Both the position numbers and the translations under genes were made by a program. A stretch of DNA of 64,000 nucleotides from positions 416,001-480,000 of the forward strand of contig JBJBDL010000003.1 in assembly GCA_047285305.1 (NCBI GenBank). Reading direction: 5' to 3'. The notes under the pieces are model-generated. The model had not been told where the DNA came from. It ran no database searches and saw only the letters and a list, made by a program, of their open reading frames with translations. Source of the stretch: Synechococcus sp. GTDB lineage: Bacteria; Cyanobacteriota; Cyanobacteriia; PCC-6307; Cyanobiaceae. Below, in pieces: positions 61,882 to 64,000 of this stretch; position 1 is the stretch's first letter; the number at the start of each line of letters is the position of its first letter.

Positions 61882-64000
61882 TCACAAGGATTGGATGCCG
61901 TTACTCCATTCCTTGATCAATTGAATCTGGGAATTGCGTTCCGAGGCGTCGTTTTCGGGTTTGCGCTGCACAAATGTGCCGTCGCTCTGCATGTCCCAGG
62001 CAGCCTGGTTGTCATTCAAGTACAGCTGCAGCAGGCGTTCCAGTTTCTGGCGATGCTCGGGATCTTCGATTGGTGTGACCGCTTCAATGCGGCGGTCAAG
62101 GTTGCGGCTCATCCAGTCGGCGCTGCCGATGTACACCTCTGGTGAGCCGCCGTTGGCGAACGAAAAGATTCTCGAGTGTTCCAGGAATGGGCCGATGATG
62201 CTGATCACCCGAATGTTTTCACTCAGTCCTTCACAACAGGGAAAGAGGCTGCACATGCCCCGAATGATCAATTCGATCGTCACTCCGGCTTGGGACGCTT
62301 CATAAAGAAGCGCAATGATCGTTGGGTCCACCAGGGAATTCATCTTGGCTCGGATCACGGCCTCTCGGCCCTGATGAGCATGTTCAATTTCGCGGCGGAT
62401 CAACAGCTCCATACCTTTCCGCAGGGTGACGGGGGCCACGAGCAGGCGACGAAAACTTTGCTGCTTGGAAAAACCGGTGAGGTAATTGAACAGTTCCACC
62501 AGGTCTTGACCCAGTTCCTGGTTAGCGGTGAGCAGGCCCAGGTCGGTGTAGAGCTTGGAGGTTTTGGAGTTGTAGTTACCTGTGCCGATGTGCACATAGC
62601 TCTGAAGCTTGTCCTTCTCCTTGCGCACCACCAGAACAATCTTGGTGTGGGTTTTCAGTCCCAGCACCCCATAGACCACATGCACTCCGGACTGCTCCAG
62701 GTGCCGGGCCCATTGGATGTTGTTGTCTTCGTCAAATCGTGCTTTCAATTCCACCAGTGCCATCACCTGCTTGCCGTTTTCGGCGGCACGGATCAGTGCA
62801 GCGATGATCGGCGAGTCTTTGGAGGTGCGGTAGAGCGTCATCTTGATGCCCATCACCTGGGGATCGTCCGCCGCCTGGTTGATGAACTCTTCAACGGTTG
62901 TTGAGAAGAGGTCATAGGGATGGTGCAGAAGGATGTCCTGTCGGCGAATCACCGAGAAGATTGATCTGAACTCATCCGGCTTGATCGCTCCCTCGTCCAG
63001 CAGGTGTTGCTGACTGCGGGCAAGCACCGTCGGTGTCTGGCCTCCGTGGCTTTGGCTCTTGAGTTTCGGCAGCGGTAGTGCGGTCAGGCTGAGCAGGTCG
63101 TCTAGGCCCAGGGGGCCATCGATCACATAGAGGTCTTCCTCTTCAACGCTGAGTCCTGTCATCAGCATCTCCACCACGTCCTGAGGCATTTCGTTGGGCA
63201 CCTCGAGGCGCACCACCTCACCGCCCATGCGTCGCTTTCGCAGTCCCTGTTCAAGGGCCAGCATCAGGTCATCGGCTTCCAGATCTCTCAGCTCTAGATC
63301 CGCATCCCGCGTCACGCGGAAGAAGTAGTGCCCCTCGATCGTCATGCCAGGGAACAGCTCCTTCAGGTTGAAGGCGATCACCTGCTCGAGGGCGATGGCG
63401 GTGTGAACGGGTTTGTGCCCCTGGCTGCTCAGATTCGAGGGGATGGCGATGAAGCGAGGCAGATTTTTCTGGGGAACTTTCACACGGGCAAATTGCCGTT
63501 GCCCTGTTTCCGGATCAACAACCACGGCCGCAACGTTGAGGCTCAGGTTGCTTACGAAGGGGAACGGATGGGCGGGGTCCACAGCCAGCGGTGTGAGCAC
63601 CGGAAACACCGAGGTCTGGAAGGTGTCGTCAACCCACTGGCGTTGGCCGTCGTTCAGCTGTTTGTAATCGAGCAGCTCAACCTTGTGTTCCAGCAGCTTC
63701 GGCCTCAGGTGCTGGCGGTAATGCACCTGTTGCTCTCGCAGCAGGGGAATCAGCTCTTCCCGGATCGCCAGCAGCTGCTCCAAGGGCGATTTGCCATCCT
63801 CACTTGGCTTGCTGACGCCCGCCTCAACCTGAGACTTCAGTGACGCCACGCGAACCATGAAGAATTCGTCGAGGTTGTTGCTGAAGATGGCGCTGAACTT
63901 GGCTTGATCGAGCAGAGGTGTGCGCGTATCCAGGGCCTGGGCCAGCACCCTTTCGTTGAAGGCGATCCAGCTCAGCTCCCGGTTGATGTAGTGCTCCGGG
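61882..64000 (-). CDS. ppk1: Polyphosphate kinase 1, 5'-truncated by the window
   Basis: YINRELSWI, NLDEFFMVRV, HHPY, ELKARFDE, GTGNYN, SADWMSRN. Confidence 0.97.
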   Translation of the reverse strand, partial: PEHYINRELSWIAFNERVLAQALDTRTPLLDQAKFSAIFSNNLDEFFMVRVASLKSQVEAGVSKPSEDGKSPLEQLLAIREELIPLLREQQVHYRQHLRPKLLEHKVELLDYKQLNDGQRQWVDDTFQTSVFPVLTPLAVDPAHPFPFVSNLSLNVAAVVVDPETGQRQFARVKVPQKNLPRFIAIPSNLSSQGHKPVHTAIALEQVIAFNLKELFPGMTIEGHYFFRVTRDADLELRDLEADDLMLALEQGLRKRRMGGEVVRLEVPNEMPQDVVEMLMTGLSVEEEDLYVIDGPLGLDDLLSLTALPLPKLKSQSHGGQTPTVLARSQQHLLDEGAIKPDEFRSIFSVIRRQDILLHHPYDLFSTTVEEFINQAADDPQVMGIKMTLYRTSKDSPIIAALIRAAENGKQVMALVELKARFDEDNNIQWARHLEQSGVHVVYGVLGLKTHTKIVLVVRKEKDKLQSYVHIGTGNYNSKTSKLYTDLGLLTANQELGQDLVELFNYLTGFSKQQSFRRLLVAPVTLRKGMELLIRREIEHAHQGREAVIRAKMNSLVDPTIIALLYEASQAGVTIELIIRGMCSLFPCCEGLSENIRVISIIGPFLEHSRIFSFANGGSPEVYIGSADWMSRNLDRRIEAVTPIEDPEHRQKLERLLQLYLNDNQAAWDMQSDGTFVQRKPENDASERNSQIQLIKEWSNGIQSL

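Noticed and set aside
1..64000. CRISPR array, tRNA/rRNA, transposase, integrase, prophage or defence system
   Set aside because: None seen. All intergenic gaps are under about 450 nt, none shows repeat-spacer or cloverleaf patterns by eye, and the long ORFs are accounted for by core genes.

Overview
This is a core-genome window of a high-GC marine picocyanobacterium. Gene content and order point to marine Synechococcus subcluster 5.1, which is an inference. It spans the probable replication origin between dnaN and thrC (about 29.0-29.4 kb, no adjacent dnaA). It holds about 58 mostly housekeeping genes, including murC, murB, mraY, dnaJ-grpE, dnaK, purF/L/T/U, argG/H, recN, uvrA, a gyrA-like gene, sucrose-phosphate synthase, acnB and ppk1. 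I found no rRNA, tRNA, IS element, prophage or CRISPR array, and no convincing new multi-gene system. The best second-look items are small-scale: (1) a 73-codon ORF that looks like the 5' stump of a type IV pilus ATPase, suggesting a pilB-pilT-pilC deletion; (2) an unannotated pseudogene with three in-frame stops between argG and rpsF; (3) a low-GC, E. coli-type purF lacking the Fe-S motifs; (4) small membrane-protein genes missed by the ORF track; (5) CTG-start/TGA-stop coupling; and (6) structured leaders and palindromes at rbp, oriC and a sigma factor gene. All family calls come from motif recognition and recall, not from database searches.
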